Of a DNA stretch of 64,000 nucleotides, positions 1 through 8,842 are shown one piece after another. Every line of letters begins with the position of its first letter. The first letter of the stretch is position 1. The stretch comes from Candidatus Latescibacterota bacterium (GTDB lineage Bacteria > Latescibacterota > UBA2968 > UBA8231). Position numbers and translations under genes: made by a program. Below the pieces are notes generated by a model. That model was not told the DNA's origin, did not search any database, and was given only the letters and a program-made list of their open reading frames with translations. The stretch spans positions 1 to 64,000 of the forward strand of contig OZ220090.1 of assembly GCA_964291625.2 (NCBI GenBank), in the 5' to 3' direction.

Positions 1-1
1 G

Positions 2-1690
2 CTCGCCAACGTCCTGCGCGACGCCGGCCGGCTCGACGAGGCCGTCGCCCAATACCGCGAGGTCGATCCCGAGACCGGGCTGTACGCGCGCTCACGCCTC
101 GATGCCGGGCAGTCCCTGTTCTCCGCCGGCCGTACGGGCGAGGCTATCCCCGTCCTCGAGGAAGGTCTGAGGCCCGAAGGACAGGAGGACCAGGAGACCC
201 TGGTCCTGCTGCACTACCTGCTCGGCGCCGCCCATTCGCGGCTGGAGCAGTACGAAGCGTCCCTGCCCTGGTTCTCCCTGGCCATCGAGGATGGCGTGGC
301 GGCCGTTCTGGAACAGGCCGTCTACGGCCGGGGGCTGGCCTACTTCCGGATGGGGCGGCTCGAGGCGGCGGCGGCCGACCTCGACCGCCCCTGGCAGCAG
401 GCGGAACTGATGGGCTCGGCCTCGAGGCTGCTGGCGGCGTGCTACACCAGGCTCGACAGGGCCGACGAGGCCCTGGAGGTGTACCGGCGACTCGCCCTCG
501 AGACGGAGACGGTTCTGGAGGAAGCGGAGTACCGCCTGGCCCACGCCGAGATCCGATACCGGCAGGGCGGCTACGAGGAGGTGGTCGAGGCTTGCCGCGC
601 CATCGAAGCCCTGGCCGTGACCGAGACGGAGTTGCCGAAGTCGCGGCCGTACTACGTGCTCGAGAAGGCCTACTACCTGAAGGCCGACGCCTCCCTGCGG
701 CTGAACCGGTTCGCCGACGCGGCCGGGGCGGCGGCCCTCGGCTGGCAGCGGTTTCCAGGCGGGTACTTCGCCGCCGATTTCCTCTTCATTCGGGGCCTGG
801 CCGACTTGCAGCGCGATGACAACGAGTCCTCGGTGGACTCCTTCAGCCTGATGCTGCGCAGCTTCCCCGACCACGGCAATGCCCCGTACGCCCTCTACTA
901 CCGGGGGTACGGGCACTTCAACCAGACCATGTTCCGGGAGGCGGAGGGGGACTTCCGCCGCCTCCTGCGCAGGCACCCGGAGATCGATGTCGCCGCCGAC
1001 GCCGCCTTCCGCGCGGCGGAGTGCGTGTACAACCTCGGCCGCTTCGCCGAGGCCGCGGGCGCCTATCAGGCCTTTCACGACCGCTACCCCTCCACCCCGC
1101 TGGCGGAGGAGGCGCTCTACAACGTCGCCTGGAGCCAGTTGAACAAGCGCGGACAACAGGGACGAAACGAGGCCGAGGCGCGGCGCAGCCTCGAAGCCTA
1201 TCTGCGGGTCTATCCGGGGGGACGTTGGGCGTCCACGGCGCGGTACACGCTGGCGGAGATCCGCTACAATGCGGGGGAGTACGACGCGGCCTACGCGATG
1301 TTCGTGGCCATCGAGGAGGAGTTCCCCGGCACCGAGGCGGCAGACCGCGCCGCCGGGGCCCTCCCGGACCTCAGGGAAGCCGTGGCCTACAAGGCCTACG
1401 AAGCGGCCATGGAGGAGTTCAACCTGGCCGTGGAGGGCGAGAGCGATGACCGCCTGCGGGCGGTGATCCCCCGGCTGGAGGTGATCTGGGAGGAGTATCC
1501 CCGGACCTCCAGTGGCATCGGTGCTCGCGTGAACATGGCGGTGGCATACCAGAAGCTGAAGAGATGGAAGCAGGCGGTGGATATCTACGACGAGGTCGTC
1601 GCCGCTTCCGAGGGCGGCGCTCCGGTTGAACCGAATGTGCTGGCCTTCTGCCAGCGCCGCAGCGGCACGATCCGGAGGAAGCACCTGTGA
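2..1690 (+). CDS. Large TPR-repeat protein (BamD/YbgF-like TPRs), 5'-truncated by window edge
   Basis: The frame of ORF 296..1690 is open back to position 2 (LANVLRDAGRLDEAVAQYREV...). It has repeated TPR helices (ALYYRGYGHF, AAFRAAECVYNLGRFAEA, ARYTLAEIRY). The stop overlaps the next start (GTGA). Confidence 0.85.
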   Translation, partial: LANVLRDAGRLDEAVAQYREVDPETGLYARSRLDAGQSLFSAGRTGEAIPVLEEGLRPEGQEDQETLVLLHYLLGAAHSRLEQYEASLPWFSLAIEDGVAAVLEQAVYGRGLAYFRMGRLEAAAADLDRPWQQAELMGSASRLLAACYTRLDRADEALEVYRRLALETETVLEEAEYRLAHAEIRYRQGGYEEVVEACRAIEALAVTETELPKSRPYYVLEKAYYLKADASLRLNRFADAAGAAALGWQRFPGGYFAADFLFIRGLADLQRDDNESSVDSFSLMLRSFPDHGNAPYALYYRGYGHFNQTMFREAEGDFRRLLRRHPEIDVAADAAFRAAECVYNLGRFAEAAGAYQAFHDRYPSTPLAEEALYNVAWSQLNKRGQQGRNEAEARRSLEAYLRVYPGGRWASTARYTLAEIRYNAGEYDAAYAMFVAIEEEFPGTEAADRAAGALPDLREAVAYKAYEAAMEEFNLAVEGESDDRLRAVIPRLEVIWEEYPRTSSGIGARVNMAVAYQKLKRWKQAVDIYDEVVAASEGGAPVEPNVLAFCQRRSGTIRRKHL

Positions 1691-2886
1691 TCGATCGTCT
1701 GTCGGTTCATCGCTACGGACGCAGGCACCTCTACCTGGGCCTGGTGGCGTCGGTGGCTCTCCACCTGGTGGTCGGTGCCGTCTGGCTGCTGCCGAAGGAC
1801 GAGGAGGAGGAGCAGGTCGTGGCCCGCTTCGAATTCGAGGAACAGGACACGCCCCTCTTCGTGCCGGCGCCGCGGCTGGCCCGGGAGTTCGCCTTCCGCA
1901 AGCAGCCCATCCCCCAGGGCACGCCGATCGTGCGCTCCAGCGGCGACGAGACCTCGACCACCGTGGGCGCCGCCGCAGGCCGCGTGCGCTTGGCACCCAC
2001 TTCGGCCACATGGACCCGTACCGGCGGCAGCGCCGACTTCCTGGTCGACGTAGGCGCCGGAGACCTGAGTGCCGCCGTGGTCGGCCTGCCCCGGTTCGAG
2101 GCGGTGGAGCTGACGAGTCTGAAGGAGCCGGAGCGGCGAATCGACATGGAGGCCGAATTCCTCGACCTGACGGCCCTCAACACGGGCCGCTATCGGGGCA
2201 TGGTGATCCAGGATCCGACGGACAAGCAGAACATCACCGGCTTCGTCTACCTGGCCCTGGCCTGGGGGAGCATCCTGGAGCCCTCCCAGAAACGTTCGAT
2301 CAACCAGCTCGTGCGGGCGATCAACAACTACACGCGGATCGAGGCCCAGGAATACGACCAGATGTTCCTCGACTCGCAGGCCCTCTTCAAGGCGCCCTTC
2401 GTCTACATCGCGGCGAACCGGGCCTTCGAGCTGACCGAGCACGAGGCCAAGAATCTGGCCCGCTACCTGCGCAGCGGCGGCTTTGTCGTCGCCGACAACG
2501 GCCGGCCGGACCTGGAATTCGGCCCCGCCGAGGCCAGCCTGCGGCAGATGTTCCGCGAGGCCCTGGGCCGGGACGCCCGCTTCGTGCCTCTGCAGAACGA
2601 CCATCCCATCTACCATGTGTTCTTCGACTTCGACGACGGCCCTCCACCGGGGGGAGAGGTCGCCAACCGGACCCACCGCCGGACGGTGTACTTCCTGGAA
2701 GGGATCTATCTCGGCGACCGGCTGGTGGCCGTCTACTCGGACAAGGGGTACGGCATCTTCTGGGAGAGGGAGACGCAGAACGAGCCCCACTTGAAGATGG
2801 GGGTGAACATGGTGGTCTTCGCCCTCACCCAGAAGGGCTCCATCGCGCAGCAGCAGATCGACTTCTACAACCAGCACAGCCAATGA
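1687..2886 (+). CDS. Membrane-anchored DUF4159-domain protein with TonB/TolA-like N-terminal anchor
   Basis: N-terminal TM helix LYLGLVASVALHLVVGAVWLL, then a linker. The C-terminal domain has PFVYI, YLRSGGFVVAD, HPIYHVFFDF, LEGIYLGDRLVAVYS and GVNMVVFALT, typical of DUF4159. Paralog of 56042..57295. Confidence 0.8.
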   Translation: MIDRLSVHRYGRRHLYLGLVASVALHLVVGAVWLLPKDEEEEQVVARFEFEEQDTPLFVPAPRLAREFAFRKQPIPQGTPIVRSSGDETSTTVGAAAGRVRLAPTSATWTRTGGSADFLVDVGAGDLSAAVVGLPRFEAVELTSLKEPERRIDMEAEFLDLTALNTGRYRGMVIQDPTDKQNITGFVYLALAWGSILEPSQKRSINQLVRAINNYTRIEAQEYDQMFLDSQALFKAPFVYIAANRAFELTEHEAKNLARYLRSGGFVVADNGRPDLEFGPAEASLRQMFREALGRDARFVPLQNDHPIYHVFFDFDDGPPPGGEVANRTHRRTVYFLEGIYLGDRLVAVYSDKGYGIFWERETQNEPHLKMGVNMVVFALTQKGSIAQQQIDFYNQHSQ

Positions 2887-2932
2887 GATCAGGCCGGATC
2901 CCATGGGCCCGGGCAGACAAGGAATGAACCGC

Positions 2933-4186
2933 ATGGGGAAAGGCAATCAGCACCGACGGGGAAGGCGCAGAGGGCGGACAGCCGTAGGGGCCGCCCTGGC
3001 GGCAAGCCTGCTCACCGCCCACTGCAGCTTTCTGCGGGAGGCGATCTACCCCGAACGCTACGACCGGGTGGTCTCCCTCCTGCCGGGGGAGCAGGGCGAG
3101 CGGGTCATCACCGTCGGCGAGGGCGGACTGGTCACCTACGAGATGGAAGGGTTGAGGATCGCCGTCGAGCACATGACCGACCACGAACTCAACGGCATGT
3201 TCCCGAACGAGTCCAACCAGGGGCAGTACTCGATCAACCCCTATACCTACGGAGACTACGTCGACCCGGCCCTGGGCTACGTTCGGACCCGCTTTACCGT
3301 GTTCCGGATCACGGTCACCAATCAGGACCTCGCCAAGGTGGCCTTGCAGCCCCTGCGGTCGCAGCTGACGACGAACCGCCCGGGCGAGGTTCTCGGGGCC
3401 TACGGGGTGCTGGCCGGCTCGGCCTCCCGCAACTTCGAGTCCTACTACCGCGCCCTGAAGGGACCCAGCGGCAACGAGGACTACCGGTTCAACATGCGCA
3501 TGGGCCTGGTGCGCACGAACAACTATGCCGTGGACGAGGGGATCTTCAAGGGCGAGCAGTACTCGGGGTTCCTCGTCTTCGATCCCCTGGAGGACGAGGT
3601 GACCGACGTGCGTCTGCACCTGAAGGACTTCGTCCTGAAGTTCAACGCCTTCGGCAAGCCCCTGGAGACGACAGACGTCGCCTTCGCCTTCCGCCGGACC
3701 GTGGAGCAGCAGGTCCTCGAGTTCGAGCGCGCCGAGGAATGGGAATTCTCCGAGGCCCGTCTGGCGGCGGCCAGCCAGGTCGTGGGCAACGCCACGGGAG
3801 ACATCACCCGCGACGTGACCGCCATCGACGCCTTCGCCCGAACCCGGCTGGAGGAGGTGAACGACTGCTTCGAGGGCCCCTTCATGGATGGCAAGGCCTC
3901 GGAGGGGAGGGTGACGGCCCAGTTCGTCGTCCTCGCCAGCGGCATGGTGGAATCGGCCCAGATCCTGGAAGCGACCGTGGTCAGCGACGAGGTGAGCCGT
4001 TGCGTGGAGGAGAGGGTCCGGTCCTGGCGGCTGCCGCCTTCCACCGGGGCGGCCCCGTTGGCCGTCGACCCGCAGGAACCGTCCGTGGAGGACATGGCCC
4101 CCGCCCAGGCCCCGGTCCGAGGGCCCACGTCGGTGCGGGTGACGGCCAGGGTCTACTTCGAGTTCCAGGACGTGCGGCCGGAGTAG
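2933..4186 (+). CDS. Putative lipoprotein with C-terminal AgmX/PglI (TonB-C-like) domain
   Basis: AAGGA RBS lies 9 nt before ATG 2933 (the ORF track starts at 2903). Basic N-region, hydrophobic stretch and LTAHC lipobox-like site. The C-terminus (VNDCFE...GRVTAQFVVLASGMVESAQI...VSRCVEERVRSWRLP) matches the two-Cys AgmX/PglI CTD pattern. Confidence 0.7.
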   Translation: MGKGNQHRRGRRRGRTAVGAALAASLLTAHCSFLREAIYPERYDRVVSLLPGEQGERVITVGEGGLVTYEMEGLRIAVEHMTDHELNGMFPNESNQGQYSINPYTYGDYVDPALGYVRTRFTVFRITVTNQDLAKVALQPLRSQLTTNRPGEVLGAYGVLAGSASRNFESYYRALKGPSGNEDYRFNMRMGLVRTNNYAVDEGIFKGEQYSGFLVFDPLEDEVTDVRLHLKDFVLKFNAFGKPLETTDVAFAFRRTVEQQVLEFERAEEWEFSEARLAAASQVVGNATGDITRDVTAIDAFARTRLEEVNDCFEGPFMDGKASEGRVTAQFVVLASGMVESAQILEATVVSDEVSRCVEERVRSWRLPPSTGAAPLAVDPQEPSVEDMAPAQAPVRGPTSVRVTARVYFEFQDVRPE

Positions 4187-4214
4187 GACCCGGAGGGTTT
4201 TCCCCCCAAGGGCG

Positions 4215-6998
4215 TCAGCGCTCGAGGCCCTTCAGCATCTCCGCCGCTTCGCGGTCCCCCGGCTCCAGCTCCAGGGCCCGTTCCAGGGCGCGCCGCGCCT
4301 CGGAGGGCCGTTCGAGGGCCAGCAGGGCCCGCCCCAGGTTGATGTGCACCAGGGCCACGTCGTCACGCAGCGCCAGGGCGCGGCGAAAGGCCTTCAAGGC
4401 GCCCTCCGCCCGACCGAGCTGCAGCCTCGTCATGCCCAGGTCGTTCCAGGCGCGGGGGTCCTCCGGCCGGTGCTCGGTGGCCCGGAGCAGAGCCGCCTCG
4501 GCTTGGGCCATCTCACCGTAGCGCACGAGCACCGAACCCAGTCCGTACCAGGCGGGTCCGTGGGCGCCGTCGAGGGCGAGGGCTTCCTGGAAGGAGGCTC
4601 CCGCCGCCGGCAGGTCGCCGCGCGCCAGCAGCAGGTTGCCGAGGCGGGTCCGGGAGGCCAGGTCCGACGGGTCCCGCAGGCTTCGCTGGCGCAGGACCTC
4701 CAGGTCCCCGTCCAGCTCGGCCAGCCGGTCATGCCGGGCGGCCAGGCGCCTCGCCTCGGCGGTCCGTCCGAGGCGGTCGTAGACCTGGGCCAGGAGCAGG
4801 TGGGGCCGCGGCTGCCCGGGCCCCAGGCGCACCGCCCTCTCCAGGGCCTGCCGGGCGCCGGCCAGGTCTCCCTCCCGAAGGCGGGCGACGCCGACCCACG
4901 TGAAGGCCTCGTAGGAGCGCGGCGACAGCTCGGCGGCGCGGGCGAAAGCCGGGGCCGCCTCCGTGGCCCTGTCCAGGCTCAGGTACACCTTGCCCAACAG
5001 CAGATGCACGTCGGAGCGCCCGGGCTCCGCCCGGGCCACGGCCGACAGCAGTTCGGCGGCCTCGCGGGCGCGGCCGAGTCCGGCGTAGAGCACGACGGCG
5101 AGGTTCACCCGGGCCTGCATGCTGTCCGGCGCCATCTCCAGGCCGCGGCGGAGGTAGGCCTCGGCCCGTCCATAGCGGCCCTCCCGGTAGAGGGCCTTGC
5201 CCCGGTCGACGAGCTCGGCGGCCGGCAGTTGCCGGTCCTCGGGAGGCAGGTCCACGGTCGCCGCCGGTCGCCGAGGCGCCTCCGCCGGTCCACCCGCCGG
5301 GGCCGGCACGGGAGGGTCCGCCACCGCCGCGGCTCCTTCGCGGAGGCTGTGGTAGCGCCGGGTCTCCAGACTCCCCAGTCTCTGCCGCCGGCCGGAGGGG
5401 AAGCGCACGCGGAGGCTGTCGACGCTCCCCGCCGCACCGAGGCCGAAGATCAGTCGGGGATCGTGGCTGGACTGGAAGCCGTGGCCGGCGCGGACCTCGG
5501 CGGTCTGCCGCACGCCCCCGGAGAACAGCTCCACACGGGCTCCCAAGGCGATGCTCCCCGCCGCGTCGAGGACGCGCAGACCGATCCACGGGCGGCGGTT
5601 GCCACCGTCGTTGAGCAGCAGCGTGGGCCGCTCGTTCAGGTCGACGAACAGCAGGTCGGCGTCGCCGTCGTCGTCGAGATCGCCCACGGCCGCCGCCCGC
5701 CCCACGGTCCGGCGGTCCCATCCCGGGCCGCCGTCAGCGGGGGCGAAGCGGCCCTTGCGGTTCCGGTACAGCAGGTTGGTCTGGGGATAGCTCAGACCGC
5801 CCTCGTGGGCCGCGAGCTGGGGGTAGAGGTGACCGTTGGAGACGAAGAGGTCGAGCCAGCCGTCGTTGTCGAAGTCCACGAAGGCGGTCGACCACCCGAG
5901 GAGAGGCCGGGCGTCCATCGCCAGTCCGGCGGCCGCGGAGGCGTCCGTGAAACGGCCGGCCCCGTCGTTCCTGTAGAGAGTGTTGTAGTCGTCGGCGAAG
6001 TTGGTGACGAACAGGTCCAGGTCGCCGTCGCGGTCGAAGTCACCGGCGCCGACGCCCATGCCCGCCTGGGGCTGGCCGTCCTCGGAAAAGGCGGCCCCGG
6101 CCAGGGCCCCCACCTCGGTGAGCAGCCAGCCGCCGTCGTTGCGGTAGAGGGTGTTCGGGTCGGAGTCGTTGGCCACGTAGAGGTCCTGGTCGCCGTCCCC
6201 GTCGAGGTCGGCGAAGAGCACGCCCAGACCCGCCCGCCGCAGGCTCTCGACGCCGGTGGCCCGGCTCACGTCCTCGAAGCGGCCCTCCCCGAGGTTCCGG
6301 TAGAGCCGGTCGGCCTGGCGCTCCACGTCGAGGGGGCCGCAGAAGACATCGAGCCCGCGGTACGAGCACGGTTCGCCCCCTCCCGGCGGACGGGCGGGAT
6401 CGAACTCGAGGTAGTTGGTCACGTAGAGGTCGAGGAGGCCGTCGGCGTCCAGGTCGCCGAAGGCGGCGCTGGAGCCCCAGCCGCCGTCGTCGACCGAGGC
6501 CGGCCCGGCGGTGGCGGCGAAGGTGCCGCCGCCGCGGTTCCGGTAGAGCTCGTTGCGGCCCCAGCGCGTCACGTAGAGGTCCGGGTCGGCGTCGGCGTCG
6601 ACGTCGGCGGCGGCCACTCCCATGCCCCAGCCGACCTCGTCGAGGCCCGCCTCCCCGGTGACGTCGGCATACCGCGGAACCCCCTCGGGCCCCCGGGCCA
6701 CCTGCCGGAAGAGCCGGTCGCCGGCCGTGGGCGGGGGCTCCCGGAAGCGGGTCCCGCCCACGAGGAAGAGGTCCAGCGCGCCGTCGCCGTCGGCGTCGAG
6801 GATCGCGGCGCCGGCCGACATGGTCTCCACGATCCAGCGCTGCTCCGGAGAGCCGGAGACGTTGCGATGGCGGTGCAGGCCGGCGTCTTGGGTCACGTCC
6901 AGAAACCGGAAGCCCGCGGGGGCTGCCGCAGGGGGCGAGTCGTCCGCGCCGCAGGCCCAGAGAGCGCCCAGGGTCAGGCAGGCGAGCCAGCGGTTCAA
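4215..6998 (-). CDS. CRTAC1-family protein: FG-GAP/VCBS repeats + ASPIC/UnbV domain + C-terminal TPRs; lipoprotein signal
   Basis: TTG start at 6998 overlaps the upstream stop (TTGA). Signal NRWLACLTLGALWAC. Repeated DxDxDGxLDL(Y/F)VxN motifs, ASPIC motif GHGFQSSHDPRLIFGLG, and TPR helices in the C-terminal third. Confidence 0.88.
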   Translation of the reverse strand: MNRWLACLTLGALWACGADDSPPAAAPAGFRFLDVTQDAGLHRHRNVSGSPEQRWIVETMSAGAAILDADGDGALDLFLVGGTRFREPPPTAGDRLFRQVARGPEGVPRYADVTGEAGLDEVGWGMGVAAADVDADADPDLYVTRWGRNELYRNRGGGTFAATAGPASVDDGGWGSSAAFGDLDADGLLDLYVTNYLEFDPARPPGGGEPCSYRGLDVFCGPLDVERQADRLYRNLGEGRFEDVSRATGVESLRRAGLGVLFADLDGDGDQDLYVANDSDPNTLYRNDGGWLLTEVGALAGAAFSEDGQPQAGMGVGAGDFDRDGDLDLFVTNFADDYNTLYRNDGAGRFTDASAAAGLAMDARPLLGWSTAFVDFDNDGWLDLFVSNGHLYPQLAAHEGGLSYPQTNLLYRNRKGRFAPADGGPGWDRRTVGRAAAVGDLDDDGDADLLFVDLNERPTLLLNDGGNRRPWIGLRVLDAAGSIALGARVELFSGGVRQTAEVRAGHGFQSSHDPRLIFGLGAAGSVDSLRVRFPSGRRQRLGSLETRRYHSLREGAAAVADPPVPAPAGGPAEAPRRPAATVDLPPEDRQLPAAELVDRGKALYREGRYGRAEAYLRRGLEMAPDSMQARVNLAVVLYAGLGRAREAAELLSAVARAEPGRSDVHLLLGKVYLSLDRATEAAPAFARAAELSPRSYEAFTWVGVARLREGDLAGARQALERAVRLGPGQPRPHLLLAQVYDRLGRTAEARRLAARHDRLAELDGDLEVLRQRSLRDPSDLASRTRLGNLLLARGDLPAAGASFQEALALDGAHGPAWYGLGSVLVRYGEMAQAEAALLRATEHRPEDPRAWNDLGMTRLQLGRAEGALKAFRRALALRDDVALVHINLGRALLALERPSEARRALERALELEPGDREAAEMLKGLER

Positions 6999-8747
6999 GG
7001 GTGCTCCACCACCACCCCGCCGGTCTCCAGGACCCGCCGCACCTCGGCGTACCCCGCGGGGGCCGCCTCTCCCCGCCGCAGGTAGACGAAGTCGAAGGCC
7101 GTGCCGGCCCTCAGCAGCTCCGCCGCCTGGGCGGAGGCCGCGGCCAGTACCTGCCCGTAGGTGGCCCCTTCCCGGTTGTCGTCGGTCATCTCCATCTCGC
7201 GGCTCCACCACATGCGCCCCCGGCGGAAGGTCTCGCCGTGGTAGGTGTAGCGCTTCAGCTGGTAGTGATCGAGCAGGTACCCACAGGGCAGGGCGATGGC
7301 CACCCGGGCCGCGGCCAACCGGCCGGCCGGGTCCCGGCGCGGATGGGCCGCCGCGTGGCGGCGCAGGGCCCGGGCGTGGCGCAGCTGCTCCTCGAAGGGC
7401 ACGTGGTGGGCGTGATCGCTCGTCCAGAACCAGAAGTAGGTCGCCCCGTGCTCGTAGGCGATGGGGAAGAGGAGGTCGGCGGCCCCCGGGTCCATCTGGC
7501 CGTAGATGGCGACTCCCCAGCGGGCCCCGAAACGGCGGGCGGCCCCAGTGAAGAAGGCCTGGTGGAAGCGGATCGTGGCCTCGGCGTCGTCGGGGAAGTC
7601 GACGCCGAGCTCGTCGGCCATCAGCCCGGCGAACCAGGCCGGCTGGTAACGCCCCTCCATGCACCAGCCCGCGGCGCCGGCTTCCATCTCGTACCAGCAG
7701 GCGCTGCCCACGGTCTCCCATACCGGGTAGTCGGGCTGCGGGATCTCCATGGCCCCCAGGTCCCAGCCGTCCCCGGCGAGCAGGCGCTGCAGGTGGCCGC
7801 GGCCGTAGCCGCCGTCGCCGTGGTAGCGCCCCCGGGTGAGCTCGGCGACGACCTCGGCGGCCTTCGCCGGATCCCGGAAGTGGCGGAACATGCCGTCGAA
7901 GGCCATGGCGCGGATGGCGGGCTCGTCCATGTACATGACAGCCCCGAAGAAGTTGGGCCGGAAGAGAAGGTCGGGACGGGCCCCGAAGCCGCCGCGCACC
8001 AGGAACCAGACCGGCTCGTCCCGCACCCACTTCAGGTGATCTTCGGGGACCCGGAAGATGTTGAAGCCGGCCTCGATCATGGCCGCGTAGTCGTCCCCGT
8101 CGAGCTCGATGTACTTGTAGTCGGGGCCGTCCCGGCTCCACTCCGGCGAGGGTTCGTAGAGCCGCCCGGAGCCGTCGTCCCGGAAGGAGCGGCTGGTGCC
8201 GACGAGGACCTGCGAGTCGAGGACGAGGCGGCGGGCGCCGCTGACCTCGGCCGGCGAGGCCCCGGTGCCGGCGGCGGCGCGGTGGACCGGCTTGCCGAGC
8301 CAGCTCCCGCGCTCGAAGAGGGGCAGTCCGGGATCGCCGACCGAGGCGGCCCGGGGCGTCAGATGGGTGAAGAAGCCGAGCTTCGGCAGCAGGGCCCCGC
8401 CGGTTGCGGCGTCGACGTAGTCGAAGACCACCCCGTCCTCCCGTCAGCAGGTAGCGATGGACGCGGACGCGTGGAGCGCCCACGTGCAGGAAGTCGAGGC
8501 CGTCGGCGAGCAGGTCGATGGAGAAGCGGCGGCGGTCGCCGGAGAAGGCCTCCAGCCGCCACCAGGAGGCCGGTCCGGCCGCGGTGGTCTCACGGCCGGG
8601 GAGGACCAGGACCAGGTGGGTGATTCCCGGGATCGGCGATCCTTCGCTGAACTCGTAACGCGCCCAGGGGCCGCCGGGGGCGTCCGGTCCGCAGTGGCTG
8701 GCGAGCATGGGAAGGGTGAGACCGGCGATCAGGATGCGCCGAGACAT
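6995..8747 (-). pseudogene. Hypothetical lipoprotein with a frameshift at ~8441 (pseudogene or sequencing error)
   Basis: The N-terminal ~100 aa (MSRRILIAGLTLPMLASHC...HRYLLT) are in one frame. Protein-like sequence continues in another frame (EDGVVFDYVDAATGG..., ORF 6995..8431). The YMDEP motif is reminiscent of a TIM-barrel glycoside hydrolase-like fold. Confidence 0.65.
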
Positions 8748-8753
8748 GCCCCC

Positions 8754-8762
8754 AATATAGCA
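8754..8762 (-). promoter_or_regulatory. Extended -10 element (TGcTATATT), probably driving a leaderless mRNA
   Basis: The minus strand reads TTGCTATATTGGGGGC-ATG. The hexamer ends 6 nt before ATG 8747, there is no RBS, and it is an AT-rich island in GC-rich DNA. Confidence 0.5.
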
Positions 8763-8842
8763 ACGGGTCCGGGGAGGGCGGGACGGCTCGGGCGGTCTTG
8801 CGATCCTCCTCTCCCGCCCCCGAAGTTTCCCCCCGGAGGCCC

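Noticed and set aside
8444-8446. TGA near the frameshift as selenocysteine/readthrough
   Set aside because: The protein-like upstream sequence with the signal peptide is in a different frame, so readthrough would not join the parts.
4215-8747. 1510-aa single ORF
   Set aside because: Residues ~105-580 are R/P/G-rich off-frame translation of the 6995..8431 gene. The real genes are 4215..6998 and the frameshifted 6995..8747.
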